The notes beneath the pieces are model-generated. The model saw only the letters and a list, made by a program, of their open reading frames with translations, was not told where the DNA came from and searched no databases. From the NCBI RefSeq assembly GCF_009914755.1, contig NC_060933.1: a stretch of 64,000 nucleotides of DNA; one strand, given 5' to 3'. The DNA is from the human T2T-CHM13v2.0 reference genome, Homo sapiens. Numbering within the stretch: position 1 is the first letter of the stretch; each line of letters begins with the position of its first letter. A program made the position numbers and the translations under genes. Below, in pieces: positions 52,601 through 64,000 of this stretch.

Positions 52601-54518
52601 CACGCAGGGGACAATACTTTAATCCTTTCAGGGCTGAGCTGAGTTGTTTGGCCTGTTTGTTTTTGCTGCTGAGTGAGTTTCAGTTTCCTTTTAGCTTCCT
52701 GTTCTTAAGAATAACATGTGGTTCCGTACATCTAGCAGGATGTTGTGATATAAGTACAGCAGGACTTCAAAGACTTATTTCTGTTTTTCAATCCATCCTC
52801 CAGCCTTCAATTCTATTATGCTTTCAGAAAATGTCCTGTAAAAAAGAACTGGCAGGCAGGAAAAACTTAGCTGTATATTTGGGATCCCACATACTCGAAT
52901 CTATCACTTCAGCTCAAATGGTTGCTATCCATTCCGCTGGTTTCTCCTTATCCCATAACAGTCCCTTTAAGTTTGGCAGGCTTGATCCTCTACCCACCCG
53001 TGGCCGAGGTTTAACATATGCCTGAGAGAAGGAAGAGATCACTGGTTTCTGTTTTTCTAGAAACTTCTGGTATTTCTCTGGAACATAATCATTAAGAGTC
53101 TTTTGAATCACCAGCACTTTTTGCCTTTAAAAACATAGGACTTTTAATTTATCTAGGAAACAATTTCCAAAAAATGGAAACAATTTTTTCTTACGAATTC
53201 TACATTCTAGCTAGAGCAGAATATCTGGAGACAAAGAGCTTTAGTTCAGTATAATAGTGATGACTGTTAATGTTTATTGAATACTGCTGGATGTAAAGTT
53301 TGACACTAATCACTTTAAATACGGTATCTCACTTAATACTAGAATGTATTTAGTTATCTCATTTTAAATCAAGGAAAAAAGAATCGTAGATGTTAGTATT
53401 TTTCTAAATATCAAATGTTGAAAAAGTGTGCCACAATGAGCTTTGAATTCGGATGTAATTTCCTCAAGAGATGACATATTATGTTGGCTTTGCTTGATGT
53501 AGACAACATATAGCATAGTGACTTCAATTTGGAACCTACTAAAAAACCTTATGGGGAGAAGATAGTACTACAAAGGCTTGGAGAGGGACAGCTGTTGGTT
53601 AGTATTCATGTAAACACACATACACTGCCTCCTGGCACACCTGAGATGGGAGAGCCAACTGTCTTAAAGTTTCAGTGATGCTGAAAGCATTCTCAATGTT
53701 CTGATGAGAATAATATCCACTGAATCAGAAATCAAAGAAATCAACCTCACATGCTATAAGCTTTTATCCCCTACAGCTAGACAGGTCAGAGACAGACCAG
53801 TGATGGTCAAAAGATGCTGAAAATTAACAATTGATTCTAAGCATTCTACAGATGATTACTAATTTGTGAGTGTTAAAGAAGTATACTGATTTACCTTTTA
53901 GAGGTCAGTATTGAAAGTGTGGAAAAAACCTTCCACAGGATCTAAAGATTACAGCAACAATTGAGAGGCACTTTGAAATTTGTCAAAATGGGAGAGGATA
54001 TAAGCATTTAGTTTGGTAAAATAGATTCAATCCAAACAACTGTGCTATCATTATCAGCATGAAACAATGTAATAATCTGAATAAGAAGGCTCTGTTTTAA
54101 AAAACAGTTGCTAAAGTGTTATGATAACCTCAGAAATATCCCAAGAGGAATGAAACTCTAAACAGAAAACAGGAATTCAAATATTTTTCTCTGAATCGAT
54201 ATTTTATAGTGGGAGAATGATACTTCTCCAAATTGACATTCAGATTTTCAAACTAAAATGTTAATCTTTATCTTTCTGTCATTCATTATCTCTTCTCTGA
54301 GCCAAACTCATAAAGACAAAGGTAACATATGTTAGAAATGGAAATGATCATTTGGGCAATGCGTACAATATCCTGCAGCTCCAGTAAAATTATTTCAGTT
54401 TTAGTTGTTTTTCTCACATTGGTGTAAATCCTCCCAGGGTGGGGAGAATGGAAAGCATATTACTTCAAATCTTCAAGAAGATCTTCTTTAAACTAAGACA
54501 ATTTGCACACACATTGTT

Positions 54519-54760
54519 TCATAAGTGGGAGCTGAACATTTTTACACATGGACACGAACATGGGAACAATAAACACTGGGGGCTACTGGGGTTGGGGGAA
54601 GAAAGGGGAGGGTTGAGGGTTGAAAAACTACCTATTGCATATATACTCACTACCTGAGTGATGGAATCATTCATATCCCAAGCCTCAGTGTCACACAACA
54701 TACTCATGTAACAAACCTGCACACGCAACCCCTGAACCTAAAATAAAAGTTAAAATAAAT
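54519..54760 (+). mobile_element. L1PA13-16-type 3'UTR fragment
   Basis: tcataagtgggagctgaac..gagggttgaaaaactacctatt..aaacctgcacacg..aaaataaaagtt. Confidence 0.85.
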
Positions 54761-55585
54761 TGGACTATAAACTTCTCATTTTAATTATAAACCAATTCCA
54801 ATTTATTTATTTCCCAATTTGCTGTTAGTATTTACTTAGTAACTGTGATGAACCAAAATATAAACATTTTACACTAAAAATTATACAGCAAATATGAGTT
54901 GACTTAACCACTATGTCCTTAAGTTCCCCTTTATCCAGTCTTCTATTCCACTATCTGTTTCAATAATGTCAAGATCCTCCAGCTGTGTTTCTTCATTCCT
55001 GCCAATATGAGACGTGTAACTTATGTTTAAGTAACAATTTCAATGAATGAACTATTTCTTACAATAGCAAGGAATGTACTACTCCTGGCTTTCAAATTAT
55101 GATGTAAAGCAATTCTAGTCATTGATCCGCAGGGACAAGGATAGAGATGGTGCCTTATCTTATGAACCCTGTTTGTGAGCTCCCTAACTTAGGGGAGGTT
55201 CTTACAGACTCTCTGGGCCAGGGGAGGCTGATGTCACCCTGACAAAAAGGAGGAAACTGCACTTTCTATCCTGTAAAGTCAGAGAGAATCCAGTGTTTAG
55301 AGATTTTTCAGGTTTTTCTGCCAAAATGGCTATACTCGAGGTCATAAAATCCCATTCTTTCTCTACCAGGGTGCTGAAATTGGCCAAGAACACCTGTGGA
55401 GACCACGCCTTCAGTCTCCTCTGAAGCTGTGCCCTGCAGTTACAGAAGAAAAGGTGCTCTTTGTACACTGCCATAGAGCGCCTTGAGTTAATAGTTGATT
55501 AACATAAACTTATTTTTCCTTTTCAAGGCTTCAAAGACTGCTAACCAAATCCAGCTAACTCCACAGTCCTTAAAAATACCATTGC

Positions 55586-56123
55586 CTGCTTTAAAATATA
55601 TTAGGAGAATAGGCTGGGCACAGTGGCTCACGCCTGTAATCCCAGCATTTTAGGAGGCAGAGGCGAGCGGATCACTGGAGGTCAGAAATTCAAGACCAGC
55701 CTGGCCAACATGGTGAAACCCCGTCTCTACTAAAAATACAAAAATTAGCTGGGTGTTGTGGTGGGTGCCTATAATCCTGGCCACTCAGGAGGCTGAGGCA
55801 GGAGAATTGCTTGAACCCAGGAGGGCTGCAGTGAGTGGAGATCATGCCACTGTACTCCAGCCTAGGCAACAGAGCAAGATTGCATCTCAAAAACATAAAA
55901 TAGATAAAATATATTAGGAGGATAGATTGAATGAAAAGTGATCTTACCTCAGGCGAGGAATAGGAGGCATAAAAGAGGAAAGGATAGTTTTAGTGATGAT
56001 AGATATGTTTAGTATATTGATTGTGGTGGTTGTATAATGAGTGTATAAATAAATCCATATTCATTAAATGTAGACATTAAATATGCACAGTTTTGTATAT
56101 AAACTATGCCTCAATAAAGCTAC
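55586..56123 (+). mobile_element. Old L1 (L1MB/MC-type) 3' end containing an Alu, with preserved TSD
   Basis: ..gattgtggtggt..cctcaataaagct; TSD AAAAATACCATTGC at 55572-85 / 56124-37. Confidence 0.65.
55612..55904 (+). mobile_element. AluSx-like
   Basis: Dimeric Alu; TSD TAAAATATATTAGGAG(A/G)ATA at 55592-611 / 55905-924. Confidence 0.92.
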
Positions 56124-57217
56124 AAAAATACCATTGCTCAATATTTCAGTGCCACCACTATTACAGAAGCCAGAGTTTCAGATTTCATCTATGCAGGATT
56201 CCAATCCACCACAAATGATTCTTAATAATATTACAACTTTATAGAGACTTTTTAGGTCAGGGGTTGTCACCTTCCCACTTTCCAGATACAGAGTTGTTAT
56301 CAATGTGACCAGTGAAAGGTTCAGATCCTGAATCCCATCCTGATGATTTGCTTTCTATGGCCTTTACCCACATTCTCTTAACCTGGACTTTCCTAAAAAG
56401 GTGAGATTTAGACAAGTACTTGCAGGCAGATTGTTTATCTTGGGAACTGACCCCTAAGAATAAAAATCAATGGACACTAAAAGAGTGAGTTAAAGGGAGG
56501 AAAGCAAAATCAATCTGTGTTATTGAATGTATTATGATTGCAGGAAATTCGGGCATGATTCCACTCAAGACACTGTTAAGGGCACGGGAAAATTAACCTG
56601 AAGTCTTAATCTGAGACAAAAAGAGGAGAATATTTTACCCACCAACATTCATATACCACTAATTAAGTCTTACCTTAAAAAATATCAGGTTTGTGCATGT
56701 ATCAAAATCACTTGGTAGATTCCCACAATTATTACAAAAGCAGAAACAGAATATTTCCAGTGCAAAGAGAGATGAAAGTCCCACTGGAATGAGATGCTGT
56801 CGGGTTACACCTGCATATGGCTGATTCCTGCATCAATGGCTGGAGCTTAAAAATAATGGGAAGGTGACTCGAGTCTTGAGGCAGTTTACTGAAGGTATAT
56901 ATTTTATACTCCATAAATCCAATATGAGAGTCAGGGGCTGAATTAAGTGGTTTAAACCACACTAACTATCCATCTTCATTTTTGGATTAATAATAGTTAG
57001 CTTGTTATTTCTGCTTCTTAAGCTCAATTAAAACAAACAAACAAAAACAAAAAATATTTTCTGTTCAGTTACTTCTTGCCAGTTACTTCTTTTTCCAGGT
57101 ACTATGTCAGGTGCCAGAAGTCTGAGATATATTACTGCAAGCCTCTTCTGTGGAGGATATTACAACTGAACTAGAAGAAAGGCATGTACTCAAATTGAAA
57201 TCATAATGCAGAAAGAG

Positions 57218-57263
57218 TACAGAGTTTGACACCGTTTAAGCTTAAAGAGTGTCAAAATCTGTA
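57218..57263. repeat. 46-bp near-perfect palindrome
   Basis: TACAGAGTTTGACACCGTTTAAG|CTTAAAGAGTGTCAAAATCTGTA; 20 of 23 pairs match. Confidence 0.9.
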
Positions 57264-58068
57264 TTTAGATTGTTTCGTAGTGATTAAAAATTATATGAGC
57301 ATTTTTAAAATGAAAAATACTATTTTATAACGAACAAAAATAGTTGTAAAATATTTTAACAGAGCAGAAGAAAGAAAACCTGTTTTCTTATACCGAGTGT
57401 CAAGTATTGCTCTGGATGGTTGTCATACATTATAATATTTCATTCTTACATGAGAATATCAAAATATCAAAATAAGTATAATAGTATGCACGCTGTCTTC
57501 TAAGTGAGGAAACAGATCAATATCATTTGGTCAGGTTGTTAGAAGCCACACAATTATTATGTGGTACCTTATTATTTTTTTTTACAGTGTATCATGTTTC
57601 CAACATACTAAACAATCTACTACTTTTCTATTTTTTGACTTTCTACTGTCAACTACTGGAAAGTACATTTATATACTATTAGGCTATTACTTTTGCTACT
57701 CCTACTATTACTATTTGCTTCTATTGCTCTCCTACCACTTCCATTTATCTTGTTATTGCTACCATTACTACCACTATGAAAACTAGCACCATCACAAAAC
57801 AAGCAACTGCAGTTTTTCACTGAGCACTTAATGCATTTGTCATATCTAAATGTTTACATCTACCTCCTGTAATCCATATGACACTGTTGTTCAAAATATG
57901 TATTAATAAACATAAGTGAGACAGGTCAGGCTTAAATCCTGGTTGTGTTGCATATTTATTTATTTTTGCCTTTGTAAGCTATTACCTTATAATAATCCAC
58001 CAAATTATGTAAAGAAAATCTGCTCATAAAATACATACAATTTCATCATTTAGAGATATATGTGTTAA

Positions 58069-58490
<422 letters not shown>

Positions 58491-58889
58491 AGCATATTTA
58501 TTTATATATTTGCCTACAGTATCATAGTTTCCTACATTGTAAAATTGATTAAAAATAACATACCTTATATTTATTTAATATGTCTTCAAATATTACAAAG
58601 TTCAAATATGTTTCAGTTAGTTTAACTTTCTTTGACAATTTGTTTATATTTTTGTTTGTTATTAATGTAATATTATTTTCTAATTTTCACATTTTATTCT
58701 TGATATTGTAAAAATGCTTTCATTGTTATGATATTGACCCTTATTTTTCTAATACCCTGGAGACATTTATTTTCATTTGTCTTCTTTTTCATTTTATTTG
58801 GATGTTTGCTGTTTTCTTTGTTCATGTCAGTTTTATTGTTTTTATGATTTCTTACATAACTTTTATGGTTATAAATCCCTTGCATTTTT

Positions 58890-59198
<309 letters not shown>

Positions 59199-59390
59199 AA
59201 ATCCCTTGCATTTTTATTTTTAATTAATATTTATTTATATGTTGCTCTAGTTGTTAGAAGATTTTATTAGTAAAACACGGTATTTGGAATCCTTGAGTTT
59301 ATTATTTGGTGCATATTGTGAGAACAGAAAATAATATTTTATTATTGTTTTTCTAAATCACCACTTGGCCTAAAAATATTCTTCTTTTTC

Positions 59391-59763
59391 AGATGAGTTC
59401 ATGTTCTTTGCAGGGACATGGATGGAGTTGGAAACCATCATTCTCAGCAAACTATCACAAGGTCAGAAAACCAAACACCGCATGTTGTCACTCATAAGTG
59501 GGAGTTGAACAATGAGAACACATGGACACAGGGAGGGGAACATCACATGCCGGGGCCTGTCAGGGGATGTGGGGGTAGTGGAAGGATAACATTAGGAGAA
59601 ATACCTACTGTAGGTGACTGGTTGATTGGTGCAGCAAACCACCATGGCACGTGTATACTTACATAACAAAGCTACATGTTCTGCACATGTAACCCAGAAC
59701 TTAAAGTATAATAAAACAAAACAAAACAAAACAAAACAAAAAAAGCTAAAAACAGAAAAAAAA
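59391..59763 (+). mobile_element. 5'-truncated L1PA (about PA7-8) 3' end
   Basis: ORF2 end, 3'UTR and (AAAAC)n tail. TSD AA(A/G)AATATTCTTC(T/C)TTTTC at 59372-90 / 59764-82. Confidence 0.88.
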
Positions 59764-60059
59764 AAGAATATTCTTCCTTTTCTACATGAAAAATCCCAAC
59801 TTAATTATATGGTGATTATTCTTACATTAGTATATTCAGATTTACTTCCAAGATTTCAATTAGCCTGTCTATACAGGATAACAGATATTGAAATAATTAC
59901 TTAATATATTTATTTAGTTTTAATATAATTATGTTATTCTCACTCACTCCTCTTTTTCTCCCAAAATGTTCATAGATATCAATATTTTAAATTATTTGAA
60001 AAGTACTACTAATGGATGGAGTCATCATCAATTTACTAGACTTCCTCTTCCAATTCATT

Positions 60060-60290
60060 GAGAATAGGGTTCTTATGAGGACAGACCACTAACTTTGTGA
60101 CCCTAGGCAATTGATACAGCTTTCTAATTCTTTTTTCATCTGCAAAAATAGGTAATACTTAGTATTTCTTTAATGGTGTTGATGTCAATAATTCATTAGA
60201 TAAAACATGGAGGTACTTTAAATAGTGCTTGAGATGACCTTGGAATCAACTATTACATTTTCTATGATTATCATAATGATGATGAATATC
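60060..60290 (+). mobile_element. MIR
   Basis: ccactaactttgtgaccctaggcaa..ttcatctgcaaaaatagg. Confidence 0.6.
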
Positions 60291-61719
60291 CAGCTTTCAC
60301 ATGCTAGCAAAGCCCATTACCTTTAAAACAACTTTCATTTCTGTCTCTTTTGCCAGCAAACATGCAATGACCAATTAAAGTGCTCTTGAATTCTATACTC
60401 TTTTCTCTGAGTCTCAAAACTGGCACTTCCCAACAAATTAAATGCAAACTTATGATTTTTTCCTACTAATCAGACATTCATTCTGCTCTTTATGATTACC
60501 CCCACTTATTTCCTTTTCTATGGGGAAAGGCTGAAGCCTTTTTTAAGCATTCATCAAATCCTATCCAGGTTTAATGGATTCCCACAACCAGACTTCCATT
60601 TTTACATTAGCCTTTTGTTCAGATTTACTACATTCTTAGGATCATTGCAGACAACATAGTGATTCCATACATATTGTTTACAATTAGTCACTGAAGTATG
60701 TCCATTCTTCTTGTAAACTCATTACCTATTTGAGAGGAAGTAAAACAATGTTCATCTTTTCTCAATATTGCTTATCATGGTAGATAGAAACAAATTCCTA
60801 TCTATGAAAGACAGAGAAATTACTCCAGCTCTGACAGATGAGTTGCACAACTTCTAAGATGAGATAACTATTCTTGATATGCTCCCTTGCTATCTCATAA
60901 TTTCTAGTGACTGCTATAGGAAAGTAAATATTTTAATTGAAAAAAAACAATTTCTTCAAAGATTGTCATTTCCATTGGAAAGCAAAGATACAGAGAGCAA
61001 ATAGTAAAATTAAAGGATTTCATAATAGCTGGTGTTCTTTAATTTAAATGAGAATTCTCGAAATTGGTTCGTGTTGGGTAGACTACATTCTGTGCAATGT
61101 ACCTAAACATTGTCTGTAGTTTTAAAAAGGTTTCTGGCACATAAAAGCATTCCACCGAGGCAGTGAAGCAATTAAAGGAATAATTCAAAGGCAGATCCAG
61201 GAGAATACGGAGAATAAGAGCACCACGTTAAATATCTTTTTTTACATTAATGGTTTGATACTAGTATTTTAAGTAAAAGAAAAGTAGCTATTCAATCAAC
61301 AGAAACAACATCTACATTCCTTTTTTTATGCTCTCCATTAATAATGTCATGTTTCATCATTACTTTCCTTGACCACAGGTGTGAAATTAGTGGAATGTTA
61401 TTGTGTTTACAAATTATAAAGAGAGTTATATCTGCAAATACTATTTTATTAGACAAAGAATTTAAAAAAAGTATCCAGTGAAGGTCACTATTTACACAGA
61501 TGTATTCATTTGCAAGAACACACATAACCAATCTGTTCCATTGTGTATTAACAAAGTAATTTCATGGTTGAATGAATTTATGTAATTAGGTATCATGTTT
61601 TAGCATAATAGTGCCATTATACTTAGTGGTGAGTCATATTTAAATGGAGAATTCTGATATGCAGCCTACAAATAACACAGTAGCAAGTGTTTCTTAATAA
61701 TAGTAAGATGTGTGTATAC

Positions 61720-61910
61720 CACATTGTGGTTTACAAGGCACTTTCACATGTATTATCTAACTTCAAAATGTTCAGAAAATCATGTATTTAGGGTGGGAGT
61801 TCTATTGCTAATAAACAGATGAAGAAAATGCATAGGAATATGAAAGACATATTTCCTCAAAGTCACTATTTGCAGGATTAGAACTAGAACACACTTATCC
61901 TGATTCCTAA
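61720..61910 (-). mobile_element. MIR
   Basis: tttacaaggcactttcacatgtattatct..acagatgaagaaa..ggattagaact. Confidence 0.6.
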
Positions 61911-62823
61911 TTCCTAAAAGTATGGTACTTTTCTTACCAAATACTTTTTTTCTTTTTTATGCCCTAGATTTTATTAACTACAATACATAATAAATCCAAT
62001 AGCACTCTGACTTATTTTCTGTCTTGTGAATAAAGTGAGACCCCCTCCTCACCATTGTACATCCTTATTTAGAATTCTAAACTGTCCACTGTTTTAAAAT
62101 CCTATCCAAAAGTTTTGGATTACATTGACTCCATTCAACAACAGTGTCTAGTTTCAATAAATATTATTGATATTGTTGGTTGTTTAAATTATGTTGGAAT
62201 TTAATTCTTACATATCCAAATGTGGCTCCCTGCTTTGCCTCTAAAAATCTAATAAATATGACAAGAGTGAGCAATACCTCTTGCCATATTTGCTGTTGTA
62301 GTGTTAATTTGTCTGCTGTGTTTATAAAAGCTCTTCTTTCTGCAGTGATAATGATATATTACACAATAAGAATTTTTCTACTTGTCACGTAAACCTGAAA
62401 TAAGTTGTTAAAATTCAGTCTCAAATTGAAAGTATTAACTCATTTAGAAGATTTTATTGTAAAAATGGCAACATCATTGCCATTTTAGGCATTATCTCAT
62501 CTCCTGTCAATAAAAATAATGTTTAGGTATAAAAGTTAAATTACATTCATTACTATCATAATAATGGTACAACTTTGTACTAAAAACTTCAGCAGGTTTA
62601 TGTTTGTTACTAAGCAACAACAAGTAGGTAAGACTAATACTTTTCAATGAATATGTGGTCAAATACAAGGTATAAGGCATGTTAAGGGACAGATTACTTG
62701 TGCAAAAGAGGGTTGTGTTCAGAGGGCCAGGTGATTTTTGTTGCTTTGATTTATTTGGTTATTGATGTTATGCCTATTAATCTGTGATTAATTTAATTTT
62801 AAGCAATGTATCTTTGAAGTTAC

Positions 62824-63006
62824 ATATGGTAAATGTAATGACTATGAAAAGTCTGATAATTTTTAATATTTAAGAATTATTTACTTATGTATGCTTACAT
62901 AGAGAACATACTATATATATGGTAAATATACTGACCATGAAAAGTCTAATAATTTTTAATATTTAAGAGTTATTTACTTATGTATGCTTACATAGAGAAC
63001 ATGCTA
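62824..63006. repeat. 93-bp-period tandem duplication
   Basis: 62824-62913 vs 62917-63006, about 6 substitutions, joined at a (TA)n run. Confidence 0.92.
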
Positions 63007-63587
63007 ACCAATTTTTAAATATTATGTGCAATTGCATTATACCCATCATTTAAATTATCTCTAAAAACAAGTTAGAATCCATCTTGAAAGACATTACACT
63101 AGGCATGATCATATGATCATTATATGGTGGGCTTGAACAACATGAAGCATTAACTCTTTCTACTAAATAGAGTAGATTCATAAGAAAATTGATGTTTTAA
63201 TATATTACCTTTGAAAATGTTTCAGATAAACAAAAATTGGCTTTATTTATTTTATGTTCATATATTGCCTGCTATAATCATCACTAATGTGTAAACGAGA
63301 ATCGATCCATATATGTGAAAACATCTACACATAATGCAAGGAGTAATTCCAGTATGAATAATGATAAAAATAATGGTAATCAAGATTCAAATTCAACTAT
63401 CCTGATGTGTTTCACACGAATTAGCCTTTCCCTCTTATAAATCTTCCTTATTAAAATATCTTAAAACACACAATATTAATTGCTTTTTGAAATGGGCTTT
63501 TGATGTATAGAGAGAAACAATATGGAAGAAGTATATAATTTTATAGTGTCTCACCCGAAAAATGTATATCTTTTATACTACCACCCC

Positions 63588-63940
63588 TGTATTAGTCTGT
63601 TTTCATGCTGCTGATGAAGATATACCCGAGACTGGGCAGTTTAAAAAAGAAAGAGGTTTAACTGGACTTACAGTTCCAAGTGGCTGGGGAAGCCTCACAA
63701 TCATGGTGGAAGGCAAGGAGGAGCAAATCACATATTACATGAATGGCAGCAGGCAAAGAGAGCTTATGCAGGAAAACCCCCCTTAGAATAACCATCAGAT
63801 GTCGTGAGACTTACTCACTATCACGAGAACGGCACAGAAACGATCTGCCCCCGTGATTCAATTATGTCCCACCACGTCCCTCCCACAACACGTGGGAATT
63901 CAAGATGAGATTTGGGTGGGGATACAGCCAAACCATATCA
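63588..63940 (-). mobile_element. THE1 (THE1B-like) MaLR solo LTR
   Basis: TGTATTAGTC..CAGCCAAACCATATCA; 5-bp TSD ACCCC at 63583-87 / 63941-45. Confidence 0.93.
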
Positions 63941-64000
63941 ACCCCTTTCAATCCTTTATTCTTCAACTCTCCTTGGAGAAGTCTGGCATTTTGTTTTCTA

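Overview
Human genomic DNA (an AluYb8 is present). It is AT-rich and made up almost entirely of transposable elements, with no recognisable host protein-coding exon, so it looks like an intron or gene desert. Main contents: (1) a young L1 (L1PA2/late L1PA3, 5' end upstream of the window) with an intact ORF1 and a triply disabled ORF2. It is followed by what looks like a serial 3' transduction tail: three PAS+poly(A)-terminated segments, two of them a 140-bp tandem copy with terminal inverted repeats. This block abuts an older L1PA15/16-like element. (2) An ~11.7-kb nested stack: MIR < Tigger3b < (MER1B; MER52 LTR < HERV-H provirus). The HERV-H is 8.4 kb with type I LTR7 LTRs. It has the common pol deletions but keeps a full-span, disabled env, and its leader splice donor is mutated. 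(3) A second solo MER52 LTR with an orphan 132-bp copy of its interior just upstream, an expanded MADE1 hairpin, a full-length HSMAR2, Tigger3a, MLT1/THE1 LTRs, several Alus, and small palindromes and tandem duplications. Family and subfamily names come from my recall of consensus sequences, not from a database search, and mismatch counts were made by eye.
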